Of a DNA stretch of 64,000 bases, positions 1 through 13,684 are shown piece by piece (position 1 is the stretch's first letter; every line of letters starts with the position of its first letter). The stretch covers positions 1,956,115 through 2,020,114 of the forward strand of contig MU053365.1 in assembly GCA_013239625.1 (NCBI GenBank), written 5' to 3'. Below the pieces are notes generated by a model, which saw nothing but the letters and a program-made list of their open reading frames with translations, had not been told where the DNA came from and made no database searches. The DNA is from Lama guanicoe (lineage: Eukaryota). A program made the translations under genes and the position numbers.

Positions 1-1293
1 TCTTGTTCTATTACCATGCTGTTTTGATTACTATAGCTTTGTAGTACAGTCTGAAGTGTGGGTGGTTTATACCTCCAGCTTTGTTCTTTTTTTTCTCTCA
101 AGATTGCTTTGGCAATTCAGAGTGTTTCGTGGTTCCACATACATTTTAGGAATTTTTGTTCTGGTTTTGTGAAAAATGTCTTGGGTATTTTGATACAGAT
201 TGCATTAAATTTGTAGATTGTTTTGTATAGTATGGACATTTAACAATATTAATTCTTCCAATCGAAGAATATGGTATATCTTTCCATTTCTTTGTATCAT
301 TTTCAAATTCCGTCATTAATGCCTTATAGTTTTCAGAGCATAGGTCTTTCACCTCCTTGGTTAAGTTTATTTCTAGGCATTTAATTCTTTCTGATGTAAT
401 TTTAAACTTGATTTTTTTTTTTACTTTCTTTTTGATAGTTCATTAGTGTACAGAAACAGATTTCTGTATATTAATCCTGCATCCTGCAATTTTACTGAAT
501 TAACTTATTAGTTCTACTGAGTTTTTGGTGGAGACTTTAAAGGTTTTCTATATTTAGTATCATTTCATTTGCAACTAGTGAGTTTTACTTATACAGTTTG
601 GATGTCTTTTCTTTTTCTTGTCTAATTCCTGTGGCTAGGACTTCCAATGCTATGCTAAATAGAAGTGGTGAGATTGGTCTTCCTTGTCTTCTTCTTGAAT
701 TTAGAGGAAAGGCTTTCAGCTTTTCACCATTGAATATGTTAGCTGTGGGTTTGTCATAAATGGCCTTTACTGTGTTGAGATGTTCCCTGTATACCCACTT
801 TCATGAGTTTTTAATCATGAATGGATGTTACATTTTGTCAAGTGCTTTTTCTCCATCTATAGAGATGATCATGTGATTTTTATGCTTAGTTTTGTTCATG
901 TGGTGTATCACATTGATTTGAAATTATTATATCATCCTTGGATCCCTGAAACAAATCACACTTGATCAAAGGTGAATGATCCTTTTTATATAGTAATGAA
1001 TTCAGTTTGCTAGTATTTTGTAGAGTATTTTTGCATCTATATTCATCAGAGATATTGGTCTTTAATTTTCTTTTTGTAGTGTCTTTCTCTGGTTTTGGTA
1101 GCAGGGTAATGGTGGCCTCATAGAATGAACTTCGGAGTATTTCATCCTCTTCAATTTTTTGGAATAGTTTGAGAAGGATAGGTATTAGATCTTCTTTATA
1201 TGTTTGATAGAATCCCCTTGTAAAGCTGTCTGGTCCTGGACTTTTGTTTGCTGGGAGTTTATTATAAATTCAATTTCAGTACTAGTGATTGGT
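1..1293 (-). mobile_element. L1 ORF2 (RT region) remnant, runs off the window edge
   Basis: The minus-strand ORF 146..352 ([37 protein letters not shown]) is L1 ORF2-like. The reverse complement near 1270-1293 reads PITSTEIE. Frameshifts and stops are present. Confidence 0.95.
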
Positions 1294-1982
1294 GTGAGCT
1301 TTAATGGTCAAGGCAGAGCTCAGGGCTGCTTCTGATGCCCTGCATGTGTAAGCACCAATAATGGCTGCCCCCACCCTGCCCAAATGCCACTTTGGGTCTG
1401 AGCAACCTTGTGTCTCACAGACAAACCCTTGTCTCAGTGTGGAGCTGCTCTGTGAAGCAGGCTAGGCTGGAGAGTTCAGTTGGATCAGGCTGTGGTGCAT
1501 GCTGGGGTGATCTGAAGTGGCCTGCCACTTGAGCAGTTTTCAATTTGCCCTGTCCAACCTGCTTTAGGAGCAAGCATGCATGCACGGCTCAGAAGTTAAG
1601 TCCAGGCTTCCCACAGCCCTCCTATCAGTCTCACTAGCCCTCCAACCAGCCCAGGGGGCTCGTCTTCCCTATGTAGGAGCCCATGGCTGGGGCTCCCAAA
1701 AGATGGCTCAAACTGCTTACTGCCCAGAGCCAATCTCTACCCATATAATCTCCCTTTTCCTCTGAGTCTCCTCCCAGGGGCACAGGTGTTGACCTGATCA
1801 CTTTTCTTCCCTTTGTACGCAATTTCATGTGGATCTTTTGTATAGCCTTGGCTGTAAAGGAGTCTGACGGTTTCCGGTTGGTTTTTAGTGAAAATTGCTC
1901 TACGTATAGAATTATTTTTAGTGTCTTTGTGGAGGGAGGTGAGTTCCATGTCCTCCTACTCCACCATCTTGATCTCCTCCCC
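1294..1982 (-). mobile_element. L1 5'UTR (element 5' end), fused directly to ORF2
   Basis: The reverse complement starts ggaggagatcaagatggtggagtaggaggacatggaactcacc, a typical L1 5' terminus with a CpG-decayed YY1-type motif (AAGATGGCGG to AAGATGGTGG). Locally GC-richer. Confidence 0.85.
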
Positions 1983-1989
1983 AAAATGT

Positions 1990-2820
1990 AATTTATACAC
2001 AAAATATGTATACATATTATGTGAGGTTTAATATTGTCAATTATGTCTACCTCTATAACCAACACCCAAGACAGGATATAGAACATTTCAGTTACTCCTC
2101 AAATTCCCTGAAACCACTTTCATTTTGATTCACATCTCTATAGCCAGGCAACTGCTTTCTGGTTTCTTGTACTTCATATACATGGAATCATACAGTGTGC
2201 ATCTTGGTGTGTTTGGATTCTTTTATTCAGAGTGACATTTCTGAGGTTTATCACCATTATTCCAGGTATCGCTCGTTCATTCCTTTTTATTGAAGTAGCA
2301 TTCCTTTGTGTGAATTTACCACAATTTGTTTATCCATTCTCCTACTGGGGACCATTTCTTTTTTATGTTTTTTTGAATTATAAATAATGCTGTGAAAATT
2401 TGTATACAAGTTTTATGTGGACGTATACTTCATTTTCTTATGGTAAATACTTAGGAGAGGAACTTCTGGGTCATAGGTAGATGTATATTAAATTTATAAG
2501 AACTTGCCAAATTCTTTTCTAAAACAGTTGTACCATTTTTCATTAACATTGTTAACTTGAAAAAGCTCCAATTTCTCAACATCCTTTCTGAGGTATTTTC
2601 AGTCTTTCCAGCTTTAGCATTCAAGTAGATATGAAAGTACATCTCAAAGTTTTATTTCACTGGAGACAAATGTTCAGCATAATTTCATGTGCTCATTGGC
2701 CACCCATATATATTTTGTCAAAGATCTGTTCACGTTTTTGTACTCTTTTTTTTAAATTGAGGTTTTTGTCTTAATAATGACTTTTAAGAGTTATTTTTAT
2801 AGCCTTTACACAACTTCTAA
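1990..2820 (-). mobile_element. Old L1 3' region (L1MC/L1ME-like)
   Basis: Typical antisense L1 3' motifs: catggaatcatacagtg, ccacaatttgtttatccattc, catgtgctcattggcc. Confidence 0.8.
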
Positions 2821-3329
2821 AGTATTAAGTAAAAGAAAAAAGTCACTAGAAATAATTACAAGTTAACTAGGGTTTTACACAAAACATATGCTTATAATAA
2901 AAATAGTAGTTACCTGCCATACTGCCCCAACGCTCACAGAATTTTATCAACTCTTAGCTCTTTCTTGTATTATTTTCTTCATATATCTAAATAATAAGCA
3001 TATACTGCTCTTGTTCATCACCAGTTCTAAACACTTTCTATTTTTTGTCCTATTAGGAAAATTAAGGGTTTTGTTTTTTGTCACCATAATCACACACTAA
3101 AACTTTTCCTATGATAAATATATCACATTTTTATTAAAGCAATACCCAGCATTTATATTAGAACAATCTAAGTATTGTTTATGGCACACACACATAAGGT
3201 ATAATGATTGCTTTTTGTTACATATTTTCTTTTAGAGTTTATAATTGTCTTATTTTTTGACTTTGAAATTTTCTTTGAGACTACCCCTATTCCTGGTCCC
3301 CCCACCCCCAATTTTTAACTACACTATAA

Positions 3330-3790
3330 AAATTCCTTTCAATAAGAGTAAATATATCAGGTCACTGATGAACTTTGCAGGGGAAGCCATCCCTCCTCTG
3401 GAGAATGACATCTACCTGCTCCACACTGAGCTACTTCTCTGAGGCCTGATGCACAGCTCTCATCACAGGATTCTCATTCAATACCACCCAACCTCTCTCA
3501 CGTTGGCTCTGATATATATTCTTTATTCTTGGTTTAATCTCTACTTTCAGAGAAGCATACTTTCCAGAAATTTCCTTACAAAGGGTCTGTGGAAGGAAAC
3601 TATTTGAGATGTGTACATCTGAAAACAGATTAATTTTCCACTTATATGAGTTTTTGGCTAAGGAGATAATTCTACATTAGAAATACTTAACCTTGGCAGC
3701 ATTAAGCCATTTTCAGTTGTCTTCTATGTCACAGTATTTTCATAGAAAACTCTGATGCCATTATGATTCCAGATACACGGTACAAGTACT
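3330..3790 (-). mobile_element. Old L1 ORF1-region fragment
   Basis: Degenerate antisense L1M ORF1-like motifs (atctgaaaa, ataattcta, tctgatgcc). A similar segment lies at 36220-36850. Confidence 0.5.
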
Positions 3791-3839
3791 TTAGAAAGCT
3801 GTTTTTCATTATTCACTAAAGATAACCACTAAAGCCAAA

Positions 3840-4385
3840 CAAACGCATACTCTGACCCAGCAGGACTGGTTCTAGACATATACCCTATAAAACATGTATG
3901 TTAACCAAGCGATATTTGCCCATGGATATTCATAGCAGCATTTTGAATAGCCAAAAACAGCAACTTCACTTAAATGCATTTTAATAATTCAATAGATAAG
4001 TAAATTGTGCTGTATTTATAGAATGGAATACTATATGGCAATAAGAATGAACAAACTCTAACACCATGACACTGATAAGTCTCGCAAGGTTGAGCAAAAG
4101 ATTCCAGATACAAAAGTCTATATGCTACGTGATTCCTGTTTATAAATTGTAAAAGCTGGCAAAATCTACATGTTCTGTTAGGAATCAGGACAGCGTTAGC
4201 ACTAGCAGAGGGTGGTTACTACAAGGGAGCCCTGGGGGGTGCTTTTGTGATACTGCTGTGCTCTGCCTCTTGATCTGGGCGGTGGTTACACGACTATGTT
4301 ACGTTTTTGAAAATTAATCAAGCTTACACATTTATGCTGTGTGCTCTTTCCTATATGTAAGTTATATGTCATTAAAATTTCCCAA
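3840..4385 (+). mobile_element. Old L1 3' end (L1ME-like)
   Basis: ttcatagcagcattt...atagccaaaa, aatggaatactatatggcaataagaatgaac, tcttgatctgggcggtggttacac. Confidence 0.8.
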
Positions 4386-4409
4386 AAGAGTGACAGGCTT
4401 TGCCCAATT

Positions 4410-4675
4410 TTTTTTTTTATTTTAAGTTTTGTATTTTGGAATAATTTTAAGTTTACAGATGAGTTTCATAGATAGCCCAGAGAGTTCCTATATCCTCTTC
4501 ACCAAGGTTCCCTAAAGTTAACCTCTTATATAGTCATATTACATTTTTCAAAGCTAAAAACTTAACATTGGTATAATACTATTAGCTAAATTACAGACTC
4601 TATTCATATTTCATCAGTTTTTCCAATAATATCCTTTTTCTAGAATCTGATTTAGGATACCACATTGCATTTGAC
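4410..4675 (-). mobile_element. L1MC4/5-like 3' terminus
   Basis: Poly-T followed by ataattttaagtttacag...ggataccacattgcattt. Confidence 0.75.
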
Positions 4676-5129
4676 TAAGTAATTTTTAATACATTTGATA
4701 AAAGTTTCCTATATAAAGTTTTTAAACACAGTATATTTACAAAAACAAAAATGTAAATATCACTTCAGTACCCAACATTAGCAAAACTGCTAAATTCTAT
4801 GATGGACTAGTATCCAGCAATTATAATTGAAGTATATCTAATAATATGTAGTAATATGTACTGTATAAAATTTGATAAGATACTGATGTTTGGTAAATAC
4901 TGTTAATTTGATAAAATTGGATTAATACTGTGATCTCAATGGTATTAATTTTATATTAGTATTTTATATGTAAATATATAAAAATTTTCCCAGAAATGTA
5001 TTAAAATGATACTAGTGGTTATATTTGGGTTATATGATTGTTAGAGTTCCACATTCTCTTTAAGCTTTCCTGAGTGGCAATGCCTCTCAACCAGCTCACT
5101 AAAGAGTATTCAACCTTAATGTTCTAAAG

Positions 5130-5361
5130 TGGGAATTAGCCACCTTTTTCTGTATGAGGCCAGAGAGTAATTATTGTAGGTTTTGCAGGCTTTATGGTCT
5201 CTGTCACAAGGACTACTCAACTCTGCCATTGTGTGAAAGCAGCCAGACAATGGCATAAACACTCATAAAATTAATGGGCATGGCCTGTTCCAATAAAACT
5301 TTATTCACAAAAACAGGCAGCAGACCAGGTTTGGTCTGCAGGCTGCAATTTCCCAGCCTTG
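5130..5361 (+). mobile_element. MER58A-like hAT-Charlie MITE
   Basis: Internal actactcaactctgccattg and tgttccaataaaactttattcacaaaaacaggc. Perfect 8-bp TSD ttctaaag at 5122-5129 and 5362-5369. Confidence 0.9.
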
Positions 5362-6379
5362 TTCTAAAGCATCTCTCCGATTTATCTAGAAGGGTAGTTA
5401 CTATGTACTTTCCTTGGAAAATTGAGAAAAGTTATTCCAATCATTTTCCATTGAGCTTAATTCTTTCATGGAACTCTTTGAGAAAGTTTCCTGTATTTTC
5501 TAAATTCTTAGAAATGATCAGCTATTTCCTATATAATCTGCATTTTATTTTAAATAACTTATGTTTTTAGATGAAATCAATATAATACAGAGGAAGGAGA
5601 AGAGGAGGATGAGATGTGTATGCAGGCAAAGATTGTACGGAAAATGATATTCAGAAGGAAGGACACTAGGTACAGATTGATTCCAGGATATTGAGAAAGT
5701 TTGACAAACAAATTGGTGACTCATTGATGGTGAAGGGAATGGAATTACTTCGTTGATTCTGACTTGTGTATTGGGTAGATGGTGCTAGCATTTACTCTAA
5801 GACAGACACACAGAGACAGAAGATGAGTACAAGCTGAAGGATTTCTCTGAGTGCTTGTTTTAGAGAGACTCTATAGTGATGGTATTTTCTGAGCGTTCTC
5901 TGATTGTTATCCATTACTTAGGTCTTGACGAATTGATAGATGGCTGTGAGCCAGTAAGCCTTATTTTCTGATTTAAAGACTTTTGAACAAGTATGAGATC
6001 GAGTTAATTAACTATAACATACACATCTTTGGGAAATGTAAACCAGAGTCATTTTAATATTCACCAAGATAAGAACAAAGCATCCTACCTGTTTTTATGC
6101 CCTTCTAATAGCACCTTTACAAAATTCTGTATCATTCCTGCTGTCAAATGAAAAGTTGGACAAGTGATAAATTACTTGTAACTGGAAAGTATTATGTCCA
6201 TATTTTATGAGTGACATTTCACATTTATTTATCAGAAAGATGTTATGATTAAACTAGGAGATATATATAATAAACATGCATAAATTCATTATATAACCTC
6301 CGAACTTATAGGAGAATTTCCCTAACAATGGAAAACTAACCAAGACAAGGAGAGAAATGATGGCCATGGCAAAATTCAC

Positions 6380-6700
6380 CGAAATAAGTCAGCTTTGTCT
6401 TCTACATTCTCTCAAAGGCATCCTGGATCCAGTCACTTGTCACAGATCCTTCACCATCTGCCGCTCATCCCCATTCCCAGAGCCCCTGTATCAGCTCAGG
6501 CTCTCATTCCTTTTCTCTTGATTACTTACACCCACCCTCCCTGCCTGTAGGCTCTCGGCTTTCCTTACTCTTAATCCACCTTCTGTACCGCTGTCAGAAT
6601 TCCTGTTTAAGCTTTTACTGATGATGTAACTTCCTAACTACAAAAGTGCATCTCCTGCTGCTGCAGCCAAATGAGATCACTTGCACTTCCCAGAACACTC
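6380..6700 (+). mobile_element. L2 fragment
   Basis: Pyrimidine-rich degenerate L2 3'-region motifs. Confidence 0.55.
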
Positions 6701-9161
6701 CCTCACTCTTCAATATCTGGCCACGCTCCATTTCTTAATGCTATTCTTTCTTACCAATTGATCTCCTTCTCCCTTTATCATTATCTGTGCCTGTCAAAAG
6801 GCTTTGCAACCCTCAAGACTTGTCTCCAAACTCCCTACATTTTTGTTTGTTACCGGAGCCTTTGTTCCCATGTTGTCTCACTCTAACTGGGATTGCTGAA
6901 GAAGCTGGACAGTGGGCCTGGACAGTGTGCGAGCTGTGTACGTTCCCGTGACTAGAAGTGGGCTTCCTCTGCTCTTGGAAAGCTTTAGGTGGGCTAGAAG
7001 GGACATCAATCAGATAAGCGCAGAACAAGGAGCTGACCTACATCAAAGAAATTTCCCACATCCTTTCCCAGGACCTTAATTGTCTGTCGGATTCTTGTTA
7101 GACTGTAAGCTCCAAGAGAACCTAGACTGTGCTTTAAACCTCCTGATATCCTTTGAAGAGCCTTAGGCAGTGGCCCTCTCACTGTCCATACTACATGAAA
7201 TCAATCCAGGCGTCACTTTGTGTCTGGACAGTTAGCCACATGTAATTCACATAGTGCTGACATTGGCATAACTGCTTCTTCTGGGTCACTGGGCATCATA
7301 CACGTTGTTTTCTAACTGTCTGTTCCTATTTCTGAGCAGCATTCCTGGGCTGTACTACTACCAGCCGCAGAAGGACTGAGGTCAATGTTGCACGTGGCAA
7401 AGGCTAATTAGTGAGAACATTTCCACCTAAAGTTCTTCACAATTAGCTGGCAAAATGAGACACCTGTATGCAAAATGAAGCGAGGCAGCAGCACTGACTA
7501 CGGACCAGGATAATATAGTAATGGAAGAAGACACCGCAGGACTGTGCTGATTAATAGATACATATATTTGACTTCAGCTAATGAAGCAGTGCCCCACAGA
7601 GGCTAGAAAGATAGAGGTACCGGCCTATTTATTAACTTACTATGCTCTCTTTGTGAACAAAAACAAAACGAAACTGGAAACAAAAAATAGGAAAGAAATG
7701 CTTTAATTAAGTAGAAATGCAACGTAGAGAAACAGATTGTGCCATTATAGCCCAATCACTATACTTCTCTATTCCTTGGCTGAAAATACAATATGATAAC
7801 ACTGCTCAAGGCCTCTTTAATATTACATGGTCATAGCTTCCCTCCCCAAATGGTTTTTAAATATCTCCAGTGCCTGGATAGCCACCTGAAGACACATGAA
7901 TTATGTTGGCCCGATACTCGTCAGAAGAGATGGAAAGCAATAATGGCCAAATATGTAGTTACTGAAAATGCTGGTCCATAGCAGGCAATGAGCTCTCGCT
8001 CTTTAAATGTTTTATTTCCACCGTTTCCTGCCAACACAGAGAATTGTTAGTTTTATCGAGGACTGAACCTCACCTCATTATAGAAAATTGTCTACTATGT
8101 TGGACTCCTCTTCACAAAAATCAAAATGAAAAGGATTTTAGTAGTTCTGAGAAGACATAAGACTCAGAATTTTAGAGGTAGAAAGGCATCTCAGGTATAA
8201 TCTTATCAATTCCTCCCTCATATTTCACCCGACTAAACAGAGGCTCAGAGTGATAAGGAGATTGTGCCTATTTGCATTAATGTCCGAGTCAGGACAAGAG
8301 ACCAAGTTCATGGCGCTGTTTCCAATTACTCTTTCTGTAGAAAGTGAACTTTCCATCTAGGTTTTAGGACCATTATTTAAATAACTCAAGTAAAAATAAA
8401 GGACATCTAATTTAAAAGGACTTCCCAGGAGCTCATTTTTCTGTATAAACATATCAATTTTTAAAAATCTTGGCCTCTGATGTTCCTGTTAGAAATCTAA
8501 GTTTTTATGTCTTTCTTGAGCTATCTCACAACTAGAAAGAGTTCTCTGAGAAATTTATGAGTAGTTTCTAATTATGCCAGTCAAGCCTATTAAAGTGGAA
8601 AAAAATGCTTTATAACCACTCAGGTTCCTGACAGTGTAAGTTAGGACCAAAATTTTTTTTTTTACAGTTGCAAGCCATTTCCCCACAAAATTACAGATTT
8701 CACGCCCTCCTCTCTACTCCAGCACAAATGCTTTCCCTGACAGATAGATCACCCAAGGTAATTCTTTGATATCAAAGCAGTCTTGGTGGTTTCCTGGATG
8801 ATAACTGAATACTCCAATGAAAATGTAGGAATGCTCTTTCCTAGAAGCATTGACAGCCAGCTGACAGAGCCTAAGAATGCCAATGTTTTGCCAACGTTTT
8901 GAACACATTTGAGGATTTCCATAATGCACAAAGAGTACACAAGGGGGAGATCACTTGAAGTCAAATTTCTATAATAGGAATATGCATGTCCTTCAATTCT
9001 CAATGAAAAAATAGTTTGTTACATGTATACTAATTTTTAGGTATTCAAAATACTTTCCCATATCAGTTTTATATGATTTATACATTAAGTTAAGAGAGTC
9101 TGTCTTATCTCCATTTTTAGATGAGGAACTTAGGTTTGGAAAGATGAAATGAATTTTTTCA

Positions 9162-9275
9162 TTTTTTTTTTAAATTGCAGTATAGTCAGCTTACAATGTT
9201 GTGTCAATTTCTGATGTACAGCATCATGTTTCAGTCATACATATACAGACGTATATTCTTTTTCATTGTAGGTTA
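9162..9275 (-). mobile_element. Short 5'-truncated L1 3' tail
   Basis: Poly-T followed by tatagtcagcttacaatgttgtgtcaatttctgatgtacagc. Same family as 9811-10150 and 55517-55623. Confidence 0.8.
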
Positions 9276-9810
9276 CCTAAACAATTTTCTAATGCTGCTG
9301 TCTCTTTTTAAAAAAATATTGAAAGGATGTACTCTAAGACAAATATCTGAGAAGACAAATATTTGATAATTTATAGGATTAAAAGATAAATCAAATATCT
9401 GTTATTGACGAAGTCTGTTAATTCCACATCTATTAGCTACTTCCCCATGGTGTCTTACATACCTCTAGAATTCATTATCATTACTAGCACTACTGTTAAT
9501 ATTATTACCCACATGGCCAGACATTTTCATAAGTCTCCAGCCTGTAAGTCCTTATCACACTGAAGGGTATGACTTCTTATCTTGTTCAATAATCGGCTAC
9601 CATCAGGTTCTCTTTCTCCCACACCCACCACATTCAATCATTCACAAAACCCTTTCAGTTCTCTCTCTACAGTAGTGCTTATCTGTATTCAGGTCTTCAT
9701 CCTGACACTCAGAGACCTAGTTCAATCCTTCATGACCTTTCACCAGGAATAGTAAAATAGACCTAAACTGCTCTCTTCAGGCTCTACTTTTACCCTCTCC
9801 CAATGCCCTT

Positions 9811-10150
9811 TTAAGATTTTTTTTTTATTATTATTGAAGTATAGTCAGTTTATAACGTTGTATCAATTTCTGGTGTACAGCATAGTGATTGAGATATATA
9901 TATATCTTTTTCATTATACATTACTACAAGATCTTGACCTTGTTGTTCATCTATTTTATACTTAGTAGTTAGTATCTGCAAATCTCAAACTCCCAATTTA
10001 TCCCTTCCCGCCCTCTTTCCCCACTGGTAACCATAAGCTTGTTTTCTATGTGAGTTTGTTTCTCTTTTGTAAATAAGTTTATTTGCACCTCTTTTAAGAT
10101 TCCACATATGAGTGATATCATATGGTATTTTCTTTCTCTTTCTGGCTATA
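9811..10150 (-). mobile_element. 5'-truncated L1 3' end inserted in an L2
   Basis: Contains agattccacatatgagtgatatcatatgg. 12-bp TSD cccaatgccctt at 9799-9810 and 10151-10162. Flanks (~9590-9810, ~10160-10340) look like L2. Confidence 0.9.
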
Positions 10151-12404
10151 CCCAATGCCCTTGGAAACTGCTGCCAGAATTGTCTTTCTGAGTTCGGACC
10201 TGCTCCCCACCAAAACAGAGTCAATCACAGTCACTTTTGATTACTTCCACAACAGAGCACAAATTCTTGAGTGTCAGCAAAACAAGGCCTTCCTATCTTG
10301 ATCCAACCTAACTTTTCATCCTTCTCTCTGAAGATTTCGCCGTTTTTTTCTGTACGGTGCAGGAATAGGAATAGATGATTTCTAAGATTTCCTTCCAGCC
10401 ATGACATTCTGTGATTTGCTAAAGGAAATGGTGCTTGAGATGTGACAAAAATCTCGTTTCTGAACTTTCAGAAATATCTTTATGTTATGGTAGAGTAGCA
10501 AACTTTAAATATAAGTCAGGGAAGTGTTACTAGTCAGGAGAGAAGGCAAGCTATCCACTCAAGTGAAGCACACCAATCCAAAGAGAACTTCCTTTATCCT
10601 CCAAGCCCCAAATCAGCATTAATATGATTTCCTACTAAGGAGCATTGCATATTCAGGGCCATTAGGCTGGGTTCTCTAAAGGGCTGAACTGAGAGGTGAA
10701 GCTATTACTTGCATTAAAAATTAATTAGTTGCGGTAGGAAAAAAGAATGTAAAACAGTGCATATGCAGAATGTAGTTTGAGAAGGCTATTAACTGATGGG
10801 GGCAGCCACGGAAAGAGACAGAAGACTCCCTCACTCTCCCCTCCCATCCATCCTTCACACTGCAGCTTGAAGAACCTTTTGTCAAATGCCACTTCCCTCA
10901 TGATAACCTGCAGTGGGTCTGAATTAGATATATTTTAATAGTGACTTAATGAGATCTATTTCATGACCAATGTGATTGGCCAGGCAAAAACTGATTATTA
11001 TTTTAGATTAATCAGCTTTTCAGTAGATTCTGTGACCACATGTAGACACAGTAGGCTAGTGTAACTGATCAAACTGGAACCCCATTTAAATTATAGACCA
11101 ATTCTCTTCTTCCTTGGCTTCTCTAGGTCTTCCCTTTCAAAGGCAGCCTTGGGCCCTTAGCCCCTCAGGCGTGCTGCCAGGCTGAACTAGGCATTGTTAC
11201 CAAGCTCTGAGAACTCTGGGAATCTCTGCATTTTATACTCAGAGAAATCCAGCAGCATTTTCCCAAGCTTTATGTATCATTCAGAGAGAAAACAAAGAGG
11301 AATAGACTACAATTCAAGTTTGTGTGTGTGTGGGGGGGGGTCATTCAAAATAGCCAAACCTTACTTGGATGGGAAATTATAGACTCTGCATAAGGCAAGA
11401 GAAGGAAATGTAGACGTTTTGGAATAAATAGGTTACTGAGGAAATCATTAAACATAAAAAAAAAAATAAGTTCAACCTACCGGACTCAGAGAGTAGACAT
11501 GAGCTGTATTTACTACTGTGCTCAAGAGAAAGGCAGGGCTCTAAGTTCCAGATTTGGGGTTTTTCCCCTATTACTAAGAATAGACATTTAGGCAATGTTG
11601 ACTATTGGTAAACATCAGTTGCTATTAGTTTTATTTAAAATGCTTTTTCAAAGATTGTTTACAACTAACACTTTTAAACACAGCTTGATGTTCAAGTGCA
11701 GTACTTCTGTCAGAACATGTTTTCTTTGACTAGGACAAAGCAATTGAAGTAATGAAAGACATTTTAGAAAACTGACTTGAAACTCACTGTTCTCTGAATT
11801 TTCGGGCTTAAATTTCACCCTGAGTTAAGAGTATTATTTTTGTCATAGAAAAAGCCCCACATACTGAATTACAAGCATGAGCAGTGAGCAACAGTAACTC
11901 ATTTAAAATCCCTTGTAGATTTAGGGACAGTAGGAGAAACTATGTTTATTATTTAAAAAATTACTTTTTTTTCATGACACGTTTTCTGACATGGGATAGT
12001 TGACAGAAAAAGAGGTTTTTAGATGTTATAATTGAACTTCAGGGATTTGGTCCCTATCTTTTAGACAAGAAAATCAGTTTCCTTAGCTTCAAAAAGTTGG
12101 AGACTCCATGTGTTAGCCTTTCTTTTCCTCTGGATTTTCAATTATTTGTGACTCACCTTCCAAATTTCGATGTGATTACTGATCTGCATTTAATTTTCCC
12201 AATTAAAGTAAATGGAATTTAAAAACCTTATATTAGATTCTGTTGACAAAGTGATGAGGACTGGATGTAGAATGAGAAACTTAAGACCTAAAACTTGGAA
12301 AAAGAATTCCATAAAATGAGATAATTCTAATCCAAATCAGTAAGTTAGGTAAATGTCACAAGTTGACAATGCTAACAAGCAGCTTAATGAAAATTTAGGG
12401 ATTA

Positions 12405-12590
12405 CCCTTTTAAAACATATTTACCAAGATATAATTCACACCATAAAATTCTCTCTTTTAGTGTGCACAATTCGGTGATTTTTTTTTTTTTTACTATCAT
12501 GACAAGGTTCTGGAACCATCACCAAAATCTAAGTTTAGAATATTTTCATCAATGCAAAAGGAAAGCCTGTACGCGTTAGTAGTCACTCGA
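12405..12590 (-). mobile_element. Old L1 3' terminus fragment (L1MB-like)
   Basis: agatataattcacaccataaaatt...aaccatcacc...tagaatattttcatc. Confidence 0.7.
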
Positions 12591-13041
12591 GTGTTACCTT
12601 TCAAAACATCTCACAAGGACTCAGTGTGTAACTACATATTTTCTTACTGCATGTCATTCAAGTATATAGCTGAGCCAATTGGTTTAGTAATATTTTTAAG
12701 TAATCTGACCAGCTTAGGAAAAAATTACAATACTAGCTAACATTACCTGTCAATTTGTGTCAAATGTTTTCAATGAATATGCTAAACAGAAAAAAATTAT
12801 ATTTAGAGATACTTCAAAAACTTCTTGAGGATATGTTAGTATAAGCCTTTTCTTTGATTTAGCAACAGGAAGAACAACCAAACAGTTGTAAAATACTGAA
12901 TAAAGTTTAAATGTTCCTTCATCTCCACCTGAGCATTATGGAGTTTTTGTGTTCATCTGACCAAAGGACTGGGGAAAAAAAGTCAGTATGATTTCTGTGT
13001 AGGCACAGTGTTGAAAACAGAATATAAACAAAGGCAGCCAC

Positions 13042-13404
13042 TGTTAAGGACTAAACTGTGTCCCTGAAATTCGTATGCTGAAGCCCTAATCCCCAGTGTG
13101 GCTGTATTTGGAGATAGGGCCTTGACAGAGATGATTAACATTAAATGAGTTTATAAAAGTGGGGCTGTAACCCAATGTAACTGGTGTCCTTATAAGAGGA
13201 TGAAGAGATACCAGGGACACGTCCACACAGAGAACATGCCATGTCAGACCAACGAGAAAGTGGCTGTCTGCAATCCAAGGAGAGGCCTCAGGAGAAACCA
13301 AACCTGCTAATGCCTTGGTCTTGGATTTCCAGCCTCCAGAAATGTGAGCAATTTTTGTTTAAATTATTGATTTGTATTTTCATCTGGCAACCCTAACTAA
13401 TACA
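13042..13404 (+). mobile_element. MaLR solo LTR (MLT1B-like)
   Basis: TG...CA termini; gtatttggagatagggcc, ctggtgtccttataagag, ggcctcaggagaaaccaaacctgct, ttccagcctccagaa. Confidence 0.9.
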
Positions 13405-13684
13405 GCTGCAAAAACAAAACTTTTAAGAGCTCTTGAATATGGTACCTTTATGTGGACATAATTTGGTTCTTTATAAATCACCCTAGTCTTACAGAGGTTC
13501 TAAACCTGAAATAGTGGCAATGGTAAGGGCATGCAAGCTATGCCAAGTAATACTTCACCGAGTTTTCACTAGGTAATGTAACAGTAGAAACCAGGGATAA
13601 ATAGGAATATAATACAACAAATTAAATAAACTTGCCAATTATGGAAACTACTAAACAGGGTTATTTTCTTCAAATCACAATTGT

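Noticed and set aside
1634..2086. Longest ORF in the track (150 aa, minus strand)
   Set aside because: It spans the junction between an old L1 3' fragment and an L1 5'UTR. It has no recognisable protein and is most likely a chance ORF.
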